Source: Pristiophorus japonicus (Eukaryota). Taken from it: a DNA stretch of 64,000 bases. This document shows, piece by piece, positions 11,840 to 24,810 of the stretch. Below the pieces are notes generated by a model that saw only the letters and a program-made list of their open reading frames with translations, was not told the DNA's origin and did not search any database. A program made the position numbers and the translations under genes. The stretch is from positions 86,366,001 through 86,430,000 of the forward strand of contig NC_091996.1 of NCBI RefSeq assembly GCF_044704955.1. The letters run 5' to 3'. Each line of letters begins with the position of its first letter. Within the stretch, counting starts at the first letter, position 1.

Positions 11840-14335
11840 GTCGGAGCGTAAACCAGGAAATAGTGGGGGCTTGTAAAAAGGGAACAGCAATAATCATGAA
11901 TGATTTTAACCTCCATATTGATTGGACAAATCAAATTGGTCTGGGTAGCCTTGAGGAGTTCATAGAGTTCATAAGGTACGGGTTCCTTGAGCAGTATGTA
12001 ATGGAACCAACCAGGGGGCAGGCTATCTTAGATCTGGTCCTGTGTAATGAGACAGAATTAATAAACAATCTACTAGTAAAGGATCCCCTTGGAATGAGTG
12101 ATCATAGCATGATTGAGTTTCAAATTCAGATGGAGGGTGAGAAAGTTGGATCTCAAACCAGCGTACTAAGCTTAAATAAAGGAGACTATGAAGGTATGAG
12201 GGCAGAGTTGGCTAAAGTGGACTGGGAAAATAGATTAAAGTGTCGGACGGTTGATGAACAGTAGTGTACATTTAAGGAGATATTTCACAACTCTCAAGAA
12301 AAATATATTCCAGTGAGGAGGAAAGGGTGCAAGTGAAAAGATAGCCAACCGTGGCGAACTAAAGAAATAAAGGACGGTATCCGATTAAAAACAAGGGCAT
12401 ACAATGTGGCCAAAACTAGTGGGAGGACAGAAGACTGGGAAGCTTTTAAAAGCCAGCAAAGAATGACTAAAAAAATGATTAAGAAAGGGAAGATAGACTA
12501 TGAAAGTAAACTAGCACAAAATATAAAAACAGATAGCAGGAGTTTCTCTAGGTATATAAAAAGGAAAAGAGTGGCTAAAGTAAATGTTGGTCCCTTAGAG
12601 GACGAGACCGGGGTACTAGTAATGGGGAACATGGAGATGGCAGAAACTCTGAACAAATATTTTGTATCAGTCTTGTATCAGTAGAGGACACTAACAATAT
12701 TCCAACAGTAGATAGTCAAGGGGCTATAGGCGGGGGAGGAACTTAACACAATCACAATCACTAAGGAGGTGGTACTCAGTAAGATAATGGGACTAAAGAC
12801 GGATAAATCCCCTGGACCTGATGGCTTGCATCCTTGGGTCTTAAGAGAAGTAGCGGCAGGGATTGTGGATGCATTGGTTATAATTTACCAAAATTCCCTG
12901 GATTCTAGAGAGGTCCCAGCAAATTGGAAAACTGCAAATGTAACGACCCTATTTAAAAAAGGAGGCAGACAAAAAGCAGGAAACTATAGACCAGTTAGCC
13001 TAACATCTGTGGTTGGGAAAATATTGGAGTCCATTATTAAAGAAGCAGTAGCAGGACATTTGGAAAAGCAAAGTTCATTCAGGCAGAGTCAGCATGGATT
13101 TATGAAGGGGAAGTCATGTTTGACAAATTTGCTGGAATTCTTTCAGGATGTAACGAACAGGGTGGATAAAGGGGAACCAGTGTATTTGGACTTCCAGAAG
13201 GCATGTGACAAGTGCCACATAAAAGGTTACTGCACAAGATAAAAGTTCACGGGGTTGGGGGTAATCTATTAGCATGGATAGAGAATTGGCTAACTAACAA
13301 AGAGTCGGGATAAATGGTTCATTCTCTGGTTGGCAACCAGTAACTAATGGGGTGCCGCAGGGATCAGTGCTGGGACCCCAACTATTTACAATCTATATTA
13401 TTAACGACTTGGAAGAAAGGACTGAGTGTAACGTAGCCAAGTTTGCTGACGATACAAAGATGGGAGGAAAAGCAATGTGTGAGGGCACAAAAAAAATCTA
13501 CAAAAGGACATAGACAGGCTAAGAGAGTGGGTAAAAATTTGGCAGATGGAGTATAATGTCGGAAAGTGTGAGAAAAAAATCAAAGAGCAAGTTATTTAAA
13601 TGGAGAAAGATTGCAAAGTGCCGCAGTACAGCGGGACCTGGGGGTACTTGTGCATGAAACACAAAATGATAGTATGCAGGTACAGCAAGTGATCAGGAAG
13701 GCCAATGGTATCTTGGCCTTTATTGAAAAGGGGATGGAGTATAAAAGCAGGGAAGTCTTGCTACATCTATACAAGGTATTGGTGAGGCCACACTTGGAAT
13801 ACTGCATGCAGTTTTGATTTCCATATTTACAAAAGGATATACTTGCTTTGGAGGCAGTTCAGAGAAGGTTCACTAGGTTGATTCCAAGGATGAGGGGGTT
13901 GACTTATGAGGAAAGGTTCAGTAGGTTGGGCCCCTACTCATTGGAATTCAGAAGAATGAGAGGTGATCATATCGAAACGAATAAGATTATGAGGGGGCTT
14001 GACAAGGTGGATGCAGAGAGGATGTTTCCACTGATGGGGGAGACTAGAACTAGGGGGCATGATCTTAGAATAAGGGAACGCCCATTTAAAACTGAGATGA
14101 GGAGAAATTTCTTCTCTCAGAGGGTTGTAAATCTGTGGAATTCGCTGCCTCCGAGAGCTGTGGAAGCTGGGACATTGAATATATTTACGACAGAAATAGA
14201 CGGTTTCTTAAATGATAAGGGGTTATGGGGAGCGGGCAGGGAAGTGAACCCGAGTCCATGATCGGATCAGCCATGATCTTATTGAATAGCGGAGCAGGCT
14301 CGAGGGGCCGTATGGCTATTTCTTATGTTCTTATG
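11840..14335 (+). mobile_element. Longest CR1 copy: end of APE domain, RT and 3' UTR; disabled
   Basis: DFN..IDW, LDLVLCN, SDH, KSPGPDG, NYRPVSLTS, QHGF, FADD; several stops and frameshifts. Confidence 0.95.
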
Positions 14336-14799
14336 TTTAACTGGCTGTGCAGCCCATTCAAATTCTCGCGCATGCATGGCTCCTCCCATTTAACAGCTCA
14401 AGGAGCCTGAGCGGGACCTCCAGACCGCTACGTGGCCACAGAGCTTAGCAGGAACGATGGTCGTTACCAGAGTAGTTGAGGCAAATAGCATTGATGCATT
14501 TCACAACAGCAACCTACATTTATACAGTGCCTCTAACCTAGTAAAACCTCACATGGCACTACACAGGAAACAAAATAAGGCACCGAGCCACACAATTAGG
14601 CAAAATTAGGACAGATGACCAAAAGCTTGGTCAAAGAGGGAGGTTCTCAGGAGCATCTTGAAGGAGGAAAGAGAGTTAGAGGGGCAGAGAGGTTTAGGGA
14701 GGGAATTCCAGAGCTTGGGGCCAAGACAACTGAAGGCACGGCCACCAATGGTTGAGCATTTAAGGGCAAGCTAGATAAGTACATGGAGGATAAAGGAAT

Positions 14800-15262
14800 A
14801 AAAGACTTGCATTTATATTGCGCCTTTCACGACCACCAGACGTCTCAAAGCACCTTATAGCCAATGAAGTACTTTTTGGAGCGTTGTCACTGTTGTAATG
14901 TGGGAAACGCGGCAGCCAATTTGCACACAGCAACGTAATAATGACCCAAGTAATCAACATTTTAAAAAAAAGCAAATTAAGGGATAAATATTGGCCAGTG
15001 CACTGGGGATAACTCCCCTGCTCTTCTTCGAAATAGTGCTGTGGGATCATTTACATCCACTTGAGGGGGCAGACGGGGCCTCAGTTTAACGTCTCATCCG
15101 AAAGACGGCACCTCCGACAGTGCAGCACTCACTGCCTCTGCACTGCACTGGGAGTGTCAGCTGAGATTATTTTGTACTCAGGTCCCTGGAGTGGGACTCG
15201 AACCCGCAACCTTCTGACTCAGAGGCGAGAGAGTGCGACCCACTGAGGCACAGCCGACACTA
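14800..15262 (-). mobile_element. Deu-type SINE
   Basis: Same head, body and tail as the other copies. Confidence 0.8.
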
Positions 15263-16354
15263 GAAGGGTATGCTGATGGTGTGAGATGAAGAGGGGTGGG
15301 AGGAGGTTCGTGTGGAGCATAAACACCGGCACGGACCAGAAGGGCCTGTTTCTGTGCTGCTAATTCTGTATCATTACGGAGGTAAATTTTTGCATATGTG
15401 GATCAATAATGTTGGCCTTCGTGGCAGGTTGAGGCGCTGCAACGTTTCAGTTCACTCCCCCGGGTCCTAGGATCATTTCCACCCATTTTTCACAGAGGCA
15501 CCGACTCTCCTGATCCCTCCCGCCACCAACAAACAAAACAAGACGTCACTGCCAACAAGTTCGAAACCTCAGCCCCTCTTGTCACGATTCCCCCAGAGGA
15601 CTACACGACGAGTCAGTGCACATTGTACCTCAGGAAGGATATATTGGCCTTGGAGTGGGGTGGGGGTGCAGTGCAGATTCACCGTAATGCCACCACGGCT
15701 AAAAGGGTTACGTTCTAAGGACCGGTTGCACAGACTTTGGCTTGAATATAGGAGATTAAAGGGCGATCTAATTAAAATGATGAGATTTGACAGGGTAGAT
15801 AAAGAGAAACTATTTCCTCTGGTGGTGGTGGTGGGGGGGGTGCGAAGGAGTCCAGAACAAGAGGACATAACCTTAAAATGAGAGCTAGGCCGTTCAGGGG
15901 CGATGTCAGGAAGCATCTTTTCCCAGACAAAGGGTAGTGGAAATCTGGAACTCACTGCCCTAAAATGGCAGTGGAAGCTGGGTGCTTTCAGAACGAGATC
16001 TGTAGACTTTTGTTGGGCATAAGAACGTAACATAAGAATTAGGAGCAGGAGTGGGCCATTCAATGAGATCATGGCTGATCTTCTACCTCAACTCCACTTT
16101 CCTGCACTGTCCCCGTATCCCTTAATATCCAATAATCTATCGATCTCAGCCTTGAATATACTCAAAGACTGATCCTCCACAGCCCTCTGGGGTAGAGAAT
16201 TCCAAAGATTCACCACCCTCTGAGTGAAGAAATTTCTCCTCATCTCCGTCCTAAATGGCCGCTCCCTTATCCTGAGACTGTGACCCCTGGTTCTAGACTC
16301 TCCAGCCCGGGGGAAACATCCTCCCTGCATCTACCCTGCCAAGAATTTTGTATG

Positions 16355-17095
16355 TTAGTAAAAGGGAGGTGCAACGAGACCTGGGTGTCATGGTACATCA
16401 GTCATTAAAAGTTGACATGCAGGAACAGCAGGCGGTGAAGGCGGCAAATGGCATGTTGGCCTTCATAGCGAGAGGATATGAGTATAGGAGCAGGGAAGTC
16501 TTACTGCAGTTGTACAGGGCCTTGGTGAGGCCACACCTTGAATATTGTGTGCAGTTTTGGTCTCCTAATCTGAGGAAGGACATTCTTGATATTGAGGGAG
16601 TGCAGCGAAGGTTCACCAGAATGATTCCCAGGATGGCAGGACTGACATATGAAGAAAGACTGGATCGACTAGGCTTATATTCACTGGAATTTAGAAGAAT
16701 GAGAGGGGATCTCACAGAAACATATAAAATTCTGACGGGATTGGACAGGTTAGATGCAGGAAGAATGTTCCCGATATTGGGGAAGTCCAAAACCAGTGGT
16801 CACAGTCGAAGGATAAGGGGTAAGCCATTTAGAACTGAGATGAGGAGAAATGTCTTCACTCAGAGAATTGTGAACCTGTGGAATTCTCTACCACTGAAAG
16901 TTGTTGAGGCCAGTTCGCTAGATATATTCAAAAGGGAATTAGATGTGGCCCTTATGGCTAAAGGGATTAAGGGGTATGGAAAGAAAGCAGGAATGGGGTA
17001 CTGAAGTTGCATGATCAGCCATGATCATATTGAATGGCGGTGAAGGCTCGAAGGGCCGAATGGCCTACTCCTGCACTTATTTTCTATGTTTCTAT
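16355..17095 (+). mobile_element. CR1 LINE 3' part
   Basis: 218-aa ORF QRDLGV...RPHLEYC...GIKGYG plus TTTCTATG tail. Confidence 0.9.
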
Positions 17096-17487
17096 CTTTC
17101 AATGCAATCACTTCTCATTCTTCTAAACTCTAGAGAATATAGGCTTGGTCTACTAAATCTCTCCTTGCAGGGCAATCCCCCCCCCTGGAATCAGACTGGT
17201 GAATGTTCGTTGCACTCCCTCGATGGCAAGTATATCCTTCCTTAAGGTAAGGAGACCAAAACTGCACGCAATACTCCAGGCCAGCAGATCAAGGAAGAAA
17301 AGGCGGGTAACTGGAGTGGAGGTGGAAGATCAGCCATGATCTAATGGAATGACGGAGCAGGCTCGAGGGGCTCAACGGCCTCCTCCTGTTCCCATTCAAC
17401 GGAAGAGGCAGATTGATGCCTTCAGCAGAGGGGATGGAACTGGGATGTCGACGGCCAATCGCAGGAGGACGTTCAACAGTCACTCAC

Positions 17488-17612
17488 CAGTTTCTTTCGC
17501 TTTTTGGCTTTAGCCGGTTTGTTTTCTTTCTGCTTTTTCAACAGTTTCTTCTTTTTCTTTTTGGCACCTTCGCCTTCGGAATGCCCCCCGACTTCCTCTT
17601 CCGCATTCTCTT
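17488..17612 (-). CDS. CHD3: CHD3 coding exon 2 (EENAEEEVGGHSEGEGAKKKKKKLLKKQKENKPAKAKKRKKL)
   Basis: Acceptor TTGCAG|, donor |GTGAGT, 125 nt, phase 1 to 0. KKQKENKP.K..KRKK matches CHD3. Confidence 0.9.
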
Positions 17613-17675
17613 CTGCAATCAGAAACGAGAACAGATTCATTCAGCAATTTCCGTTACCCTGTACCTAACCCCGTG

Positions 17676-18178
17676 CTGTACCTGCCCTGGGAGTGTTTGA
17701 TGGGACAGTGTAGAGGGAGCTTTACTCTGTATCTAACCCCGTGCTGTACCTGTCCTGGGAGTGTTTGATGGGACAGTGTAGAGGGAGCTTTACTCTGTAT
17801 CTAACCCCCTGTACCTGCCCTGGGAGTGTTTGATGGGACAGTGTAGAGGGAACTTTACTCTGTATCTAACCCCGTGCTGTACCTGCCCTGGGAGTGTTTG
17901 ATGGGACAGTGTAGAGGGAGCTTTACTCTGTATCTAACCAATGCTGTACCTGCCCTGGGAGTGTTTGATGGGACAGTGTAGAGGGAGCTTTACTCTGTAT
18001 CTAACCCCGTGCTGTACCTGCCCTGGGAGTGTTTGATGGGACAGTGTAGAGGGAGCTTTACTCTGTATCTAACCCCGTGCTGTACCTGCCCTGGGGGTGT
18101 GTGATGGGACAGTGTAGAGGGAGCTTTACTCTGTATCTAACCCCCTGTACCTGCCCTGGGAGTGTTTGATGGGACAGT
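17676..18178 (+). repeat. 68-bp tandem repeat (about 7.5 units) just upstream of the CHD3 exon 2 acceptor
   Basis: Unit CTGTACCTGCCCTGGGAGTGTTTGATGGGACAGTGTAGAGGGAGCTTTACTCTGTATCTAACCCCGTG; period 17676 to 17744. Confidence 0.95.
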
Positions 18179-18479
18179 GGGGGGCAAAGGGCGGCACAGA
18201 GGGGGGGGGGGGGGGGGTGACAAACTAAATAAACCATTAAATAACGAACTTTAATGCGATGAAGTGAGCTAAGTCATATACATTTAAAATAATACATGCG
18301 TCATATGTCGGGGAGGAAGTTATTACCTCAAAATAAACAATAAAATTGTGTGTGGAGAAAGGGGGGGGGGGGAAATGAAGATTGTCCAGTGGAGGGGCGC
18401 GGCTGCTAAGGGTCGCGCGGGGCGGCGTTACATTTCAAATGTCGCTGGCTCGCGGCGGCCGCTGCTGGGGGGCGGGCCC

Positions 18480-19350
18480 CGGGGGAGGGGGGACAGTTGC
18501 TAAGGGGACTGACCGCGAGCCCCGGGGACACAGTTACTGAGCCCCTCCTCCTCCTCCTCCTCCTCCTGGGGACAGTTGCTAGGGGAATGGCCCGAGCTCC
18601 GGGGGGGGGGAGGTACAGCGACTGGCTGGTTGCCGGGCTCCAAGCTGCAGGGACACAGTTGCTAGGGGCCCAGGCCCGAGTCTCGGGGACAGTTGCTAGG
18701 GGTGGGGGAGGTCTGACCGCGAGCCCAGGAGACACAGTTGCTAGGGGGGGGGGGGAGGTCTCGGCACGAGCCCCAGGGGACACAGTTGCTAGGGGGCCCG
18801 GGGGCAGTTGCTAAGCGGGGGGGGGGGGGGGGGTGCCGACCACGAGCCCCGGGGGCAGTTGCTAGGGGCCCAGGCCCGAGTCTCGGGGACAGTTGCTGGG
18901 GACACAGTTGCTAGGGAAGAGCGGGGTGGCCGGCCGCGAGCCCCGGGGGCAGTTGCTAGGGGCCCAGGCCCGAGTCTCGGGGACAGTTGCTGGGGACACA
19001 GTTGCTAGGGAAGAGCGGGGTGGCCGGCCGCGAGCCCCCCCCCCCCCTCCCCCGGGGTAACACAGCTGCAAAGAAGCGGGTGCGAGCTGCAGCGACACGG
19101 TTACTGAAGGTGCAGGCCCGTGTCTCGGGGACAGTTGCTAGGGGCACTGACCGCGAGCCCTGGGGACACAGTTGCTAGGGGGCCCGGGGGCAGTTGCTGG
19201 GGGGGGGGGGGGGGGGGTGCCGACCACGAGCCCCGGGGGCAGTTGCTAGGGGCCCAGGCCCGAGTCTCGGGGACAGTTGCTAGGGGCATTGATCGCGAGC
19301 CCCCGTGGGGGGGGGGGGGGGGGAAGAGACAGGCCCGCGCGAGCCCCGGG
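18480..19350 (+). repeat. GC-rich complex tandem repeat built on CAGTTGCTAGGG, in CHD3 intron 1
   Basis: About 18 GTTGCT(A/G)(A/G)G cores with poly-G spacers and block duplications. Confidence 0.85.
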
Positions 19351-19866
19351 GTAAAACACAGCTCCAAAGGCCTAGGGACACACTTAACCCGTGGGAGGGA
19401 GTATTACCGACCTCGAGTAGGAAGCAGAGAGAGCGAGCGCGCGCGGCATAAAACAACCGCTTTGAGAAGCGGCGCGCGGGGCGGGGGGGGGGGGGGGTTA
19501 GAAAAAAAACACACACACAATCCCAATTAAAAAATGCAACAAAAAAAAACCCAAAAAGGAGGTGCGATTGCAGCCGGCACAATGCGATGCATTCCACTCA
19601 TACCGAGAGGGAAGGGTTGCAATGCAACAACAACAACAAAAGCAAACCCCTTTTGCAGAAAATGTTTTTTTGCGCGGGGTGTGTGTGTGTTTTTTTTGGT
19701 GCAAAAAAAAAAGGCTGTGATGAGGCGCGCTCGCCGGGCCGGGAGGGAGAGGGACGGAGCCGGGGCCCTCTTCGGGCGACAAGGCGCAATTTCCAAATCC
19801 TCTCTCTGTCTCTCTCGCGCTCTCTCTCTCTCTCTTGTCTTTTTTTCTTCTTTCCCCCAGCGCTAC

Positions 19867-19939
19867 CTGCCGCGGGCGGGAAAAGCCGTCCGCCTCCGTC
19901 CGTCTCCTCGTCCTCTTCTCGCCTCGCCGGAGATGCCAT
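19867..19939 (-). CDS. CHD3: CHD3 coding exon 1 (MASPARREEDEETDGGGRLFPPAA+G)
   Basis: ATG at 19939, 73 nt, donor CAG|GTAGCG, phase 1. MASP...acidic...LFPP resembles the CHD3 long-isoform N-terminus and joins the next exon in frame. Confidence 0.8.
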
Positions 19940-20219
19940 CAAGCCTCCTTCACTCACTTGAGGTGTGTGGGTGGGGGGGGGGTGTGTGTGAGAAACCCTC
20001 ACAAAATATCTCTCTCTCTATATATATATATATATTTTACATTTATATATATATATAATTTTTTTTAAACCTTTTTCCAAAAAAGTTCCCCACACACACA
20101 CACACACTTTTTTTTACATTTCTCCCCTCTTCTTTCTTGTTCCACCTCCACGGCTTTTTTAAAAAGATCTATCTTCAATTAAAAAGTTCTCAAACGGCCC
20201 CCTCGGCCAAAAAAAAAAT

Positions 20220-20480
20220 GGTTTTAATATTACAAGGGGAAGACAAGATGGCGTCCAAAATATGTGCCCCCCCCCCTCCTTGATGATATGAAGGAGGGGG
20301 GGGGAAGCTGGAAAATTAATCACTGCTCATGCTCAGATTGACGTCAACCCCCCTCCCGTTGCCAAGGGTTCCCCCGGGCATCCCATAATAGCGCCAGTTA
20401 ACTAGTTAGCCCTGAGTCACGTGGGCTCTTAACCCAGTAACTAGGGGGAAGGGAACTGGTCAAAGGTGGTGGGGGACAGA
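20220..20480. promoter_or_regulatory. Probable CHD3 promoter region
   Basis: Non-repeat sequence upstream of the CHD3 ATG, with AAGATGGCG (YY1-like, 20245), the CRE palindrome TTGACGTCAA (20338-20347) and overlapping TGAGTCA/CACGTG (20413-20423). Confidence 0.55.
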
Positions 20481-20504
20481 TGTGGGACCCCCACCTCTCC
20501 TCCC

Positions 20505-21372
20505 TCCTAATTAACACCTCGATTAATTAATAATCTTCAGTTTCCCCCCCCCCCTCCCTCACCTCAATATTTCATTTTATCTCACAGTCAACTTCCCCCC
20601 CGCACCCCCCTTTCTCTTTCACCAGCTCACACTCCTAATCGATTAAACACCTCCGATCAATTAAACGCCTCGATCAATCGTCTCCCAGGTTATTAATTCT
20701 TGCTCACTTTTTCCTCAATATTTCATTTTGGTCACTGTCTCCTTACCCCCCCCCCCCCCCTTCCCTTTCACAAGACCGCACTGCTAATCGATTAAACACC
20801 TCCGATCAATTAAACACCTCGATCAATAATCTCCCAGCTTATTCATTTGCCAGCTTTTTCCCTCCTTAATAATTCATTATTGGTCCTCGTCGCCCCCCTT
20901 CCCTTTTGCCAGATCACTTCAATCAAACACCTTGATCAATAGTCTCCCAGGTTATTAATTTGCTAGCTTTTTCCTCCCTAATATTTAATTTTTGTCGCTG
21001 TCCACGTAACCACCTCCCCATTCCGTTTCACCAGATCACCTCCTAATCAATGAAACGCCGCCGATCAATTAACAACTCGATCAATAATCTCCGAGGTTAT
21101 TAATTTGCTAGCTTTTCCTAATATTTCATTGTCATCATCGTCGCCACTCTCCTTTCACCAGATTACTTCATCAATTAAACACTGCAAATAATAAGCTGCA
21201 AGGTTATTCATTTGCTAGCTTTTCCTAATATTTCATCATTGTCAACCCCCCCACCCCCCACTCCATTTCAACAGATCACTCCTATCAATTTAACACCGCT
21301 AATCAATTAGGACCTCGATCAAGAATATTCAAGGTTAATAATTTACTAACTTTTCTTAATATTTCATTTTCG
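20505..21372 (+). repeat. Degenerate tandem array, about 7 units of 120-150 bp, upstream of CHD3
   Basis: Recurring CTAATCGATTAAACACCTCCGATCAATT...GGTTATTAATTTGCTAGCTTTT...AATATTTCATT. Confidence 0.8.
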
Positions 21373-21419
21373 CCGTCATTCTGGCTCAAAGATACTTTAT
21401 AAAATTTAGACACTTTCAA

Positions 21420-22455
21420 GAAAGAAAGACTTGCATTTATATAGCACCTTTCATGACCACCGGACGTCCCAAAGCGCTTTACAGCCAATGAAGTACTTTT
21501 TTTGTGAGGTATAGTCACTGTCGTAATGTCGGGAGACGCGCCAGCCACTTTACGCACAGCAAGCTCCCACAAACAGCAATGTGATAATGAATGAAAAGAT
21601 CTCATGGCACACTATTTCGAAGAAGAGCAGGGGTTTCTCCCCGGTGTCCTGGGGTCAATATTTATCTCTTAATCAACATCCGTAAAACAGATTATCAGGT
21701 CGACCAGATAATCTGTTTTTGTGATATTGATTGAGTGATAAATATTGGCCCCCGGACACCGGGGAGAACTCCCCTGCTCTTCTTCGAAATAGAGCCCATG
21801 GGATCTTTTATATTCACCTGAGAAAGCAGACACGGCCTCGGTTTAACGTCTCATCCGAAAGGCAGCACTTCCGACAGTGCAGCGCTCCCTCAGCACTGCA
21901 CTGAAGTGGGGCTTCAACATACAACCTTCTGATGCAGAGGCAAGAATGCTACCCTGACAGCTGTCAGCTGTGGCTCAGTGGGCAGCACACTTGCCTCTGA
22001 ATCAGGAGGTTGTGTGTTTAAGTCCCACTCCAGGACCTTGAGCACATAAATCCAGGCTGACACTCCCAGTGCAGTGCTGAGGGAGCGCCGCACTGTCGGA
22101 GGTGCCGTCTTTAGGATGAGTCATCAAACCGAGGCCCCGTCTGCCCTCTCGGGTGGACATAAAAGATCCCATGGCACTATTGCGAAGAAGAGCAGGGGAG
22201 TTCTCCCCGGTGTCCTGGGGCCAATATTTATCTCTCAATCAACATAACAAAAACAGATTATCTGGTCATTGTCACATTGCTGTGTGTGGGAGCTTGCTGT
22301 GCGCAAATTGGCTGCCGCTTTTTCCCACATTACAACAGTGACTACACTCCAAAAGTACTTCATTGGCTGTAAAGCCCCTTGAGACGTCCGGTGGTCATGA
22401 AAGGCGCTATATAAATGCAAGTCTTTCTTTTACCCACTGAGCCACAGTTGACACG
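21420..22455. mobile_element. Cluster of Deu-type SINEs; a plus copy (21963-22430) inserted in the head of a minus copy
   Basis: The minus-copy head is split (GAATGCTACCC ... TACCCACTGAGCCACAG) around the plus copy. Confidence 0.8.
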
Positions 22456-24349
22456 AGAAGAATGCCTCTTTTTCTTCCTCTTTAAAGCGCCTTTTCAAAA
22501 CTCCCTCCCCTCATTTCTGAACAAACTGCATTTTTTTTAAATATGTGCCCCACGAGTATTTTTTGTTTCCAACCTAACCATTGGCCCGATTTACTGGCAT
22601 TTAAAAAATATATATTAAGCAGGATTAAAAAATGGATTTCCGACAAAAACGAGCTTCCCCAGGTGCTTAATGTGCCAGTCGTGGCTTAGTGAATCGCAGT
22701 CTGCCACCTCTGAGTCAGAAGGTCGTGGGTTTGAGTCCCCATTCCGGAGATTTGAGCCTGTAATCCAGGCCGACACTCCCAGTGCCAGTTCTGAGGGTGT
22801 GCCGCACTGTTGGGGGGGTGCCGTCTTTCGGATGAGACGTTAAGGGTTGTGGGGATCTGGAACTCGCTGCCTGGAAGAGTGGTGGATGCAGAAAACCACC
22901 ACTTTTAAGAAATGGTTGGATGGGCACTTGAAGTGCAGTAACCTGCAGGGTTACGGACCTAGAGCTGGTAATTGGGATTAGACTGGATGACCTTTTGTTG
23001 GACGGCGTAGATATGATGGTAAGTACTGCAGGGAATAGAATACGGCCAGGGTGATCTCCTGGACTAGTTTCGATCGCCTGGATGGGTCGGAGAGCAATTC
23101 TCCCAGATTTTTTTTCTCCCTAAATTGGCCTGGGTTTTTATCTGGTTTTTGCCTCTCCCAGGAGATCACATGGCTCCGGTTGGGGTGGAGTGTAGAATGT
23201 TTCAGTATCAGGGGTGTCGCAGATATGTGAGGCGGACTGGTTGGGCCGGGTGCTCTTTGCCTTTCCGCCATTGTTCATAGGTTTATATGTAACCTTCAGG
23301 GCTGCTGACCGAGGGCCGTGCGGCTCTTTGTCGGCCGGCGTGGACACGATGGGCCGAAATTGCCTCCTCCTGCGCTGTAAATTTCTATGTTAAACCGAGG
23401 CCCCGTCTGCTCTCTCAGGCGCACGTAAAAGATCCCACGGCTGTTATTTTGGAGGAAGAGCAGGGGGAGTTCTCCCCCGGTGTCCTGGGGCCAATATTTA
23501 TCCCTCAACCAGCAGATTATCCTGTCACTATCACACTGCTGTTTGTGGGAGCTTGCTGTGCGCAAATTAGCTGCCGCGTTTCCCACATTACAACAGCGAG
23601 CCCACATCAAAAGCTTTTCATTGGCTGTAAAGCGCTCTGGGACAGCCTGAAGTCGCTATATAAATGCAAGTCACTTTATTTTTTAAACTGAATCACCACT
23701 TGGTCAACTTGGCTGCACCAGAGAGTTTTGTCACTCGTCTGAGCCAACATCGACATGTTATGTCTGTTGGGTGGGAGGGTCTACCTGTGTATGTTATCTC
23801 TGGGGACTTACCTTTTTTTTCCAAAAAATATACTTTATTCATATAAAATTTTTACAATACATTGGAAATGAGCTCAGTACCTTGCGATCAGCAATTCCAT
23901 ACAATTCGTTTGGATGCTGACAGCAGTTCCATACAATGCACTAGCGTGCATTTCATTTCAAGGTACAGTTTAGTACAACCCATAAATCACGTTACATGTA
24001 GTACTGTGCCAATAAGGGTATTACATGGAGCAGATGAGAACAGGTTTACATTACATTCCAGGATACATTTCAATACCGATCACGAATCACGTTACATGTG
24101 GGACTTACCTGAAGATATAAAGTTGACGATCTACGCCCAAAACGTTAACCGGTCTTTGTTAAGGCACTAAATATTTCTCCCATGTTCTCATTTTATTGTA
24201 ACAGGTTCCAGTTTCAAGATTTTGCATGAAGAGAATATTAACTTCAGCGATGTTTGAGCAAACCAGAATGAAGTGTGTTTGAATGTAACTGCTGGATTAA
24301 ACAGCTCGGAACCACCAACTTGCTTTTCTTTTGCATCATTTGGTCATAT

Positions 24350-24810
24350 TAGCCATGGCTCAGCGGGTAGCACCCTCGCCTGTGAGTCAGAAGGTTATGG
24401 GTTCAAGTCCCACTCCAGGGACTTGAGCACGTAAAAAAATCCAGGCCGACACTCCCAGTGCAGTGCTGAGGGAGCCCCGCACTGTTGGAGGTGCCGTCTT
24501 TCGGATGAGATGTTAAACTGAGACTCCATCTGCTCTCTCAGGTGGACGGGAAAGATCCCATGGCACTATTTGGAAGAAGAGCAGGGGAGTTCTCCCTGGG
24601 GCCAATATTTATTCTCAATCAACATCACTAAAACATTATCTGAGTCATTGTCACGTTGCTGTGTGTGGGAGCTTGCTGTGCGCAAGTTGGCGGCCGAGTT
24701 TCCCACATTGCAACAGTGACTACACTCCAAAAAGTACTTAATTGGCTGTAAAGCGATTTGAGAAGTCCAGTGGTCGTGAAAGGCGCTATATAAATGCAAG
24801 TCTTTCTTTC
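24350..24810 (+). mobile_element. Full-length Deu-type SINE with a single 33-bp unit
   Basis: A and B boxes, body, L2-like tail AGGCGCTATATAAATGCAAGTCTTTCTTTC. Confidence 0.88.

Noticed and set aside
11840-14335. Active or domesticated CR1 ORF2
   Set aside because: 5' truncated with multiple stops and frameshifts.
23810-23860. Minus-strand AATAAA followed by an A-run as the end of an unknown gene
   Set aside because: More like a LINE poly(A) tail remnant; no associated exons were found.
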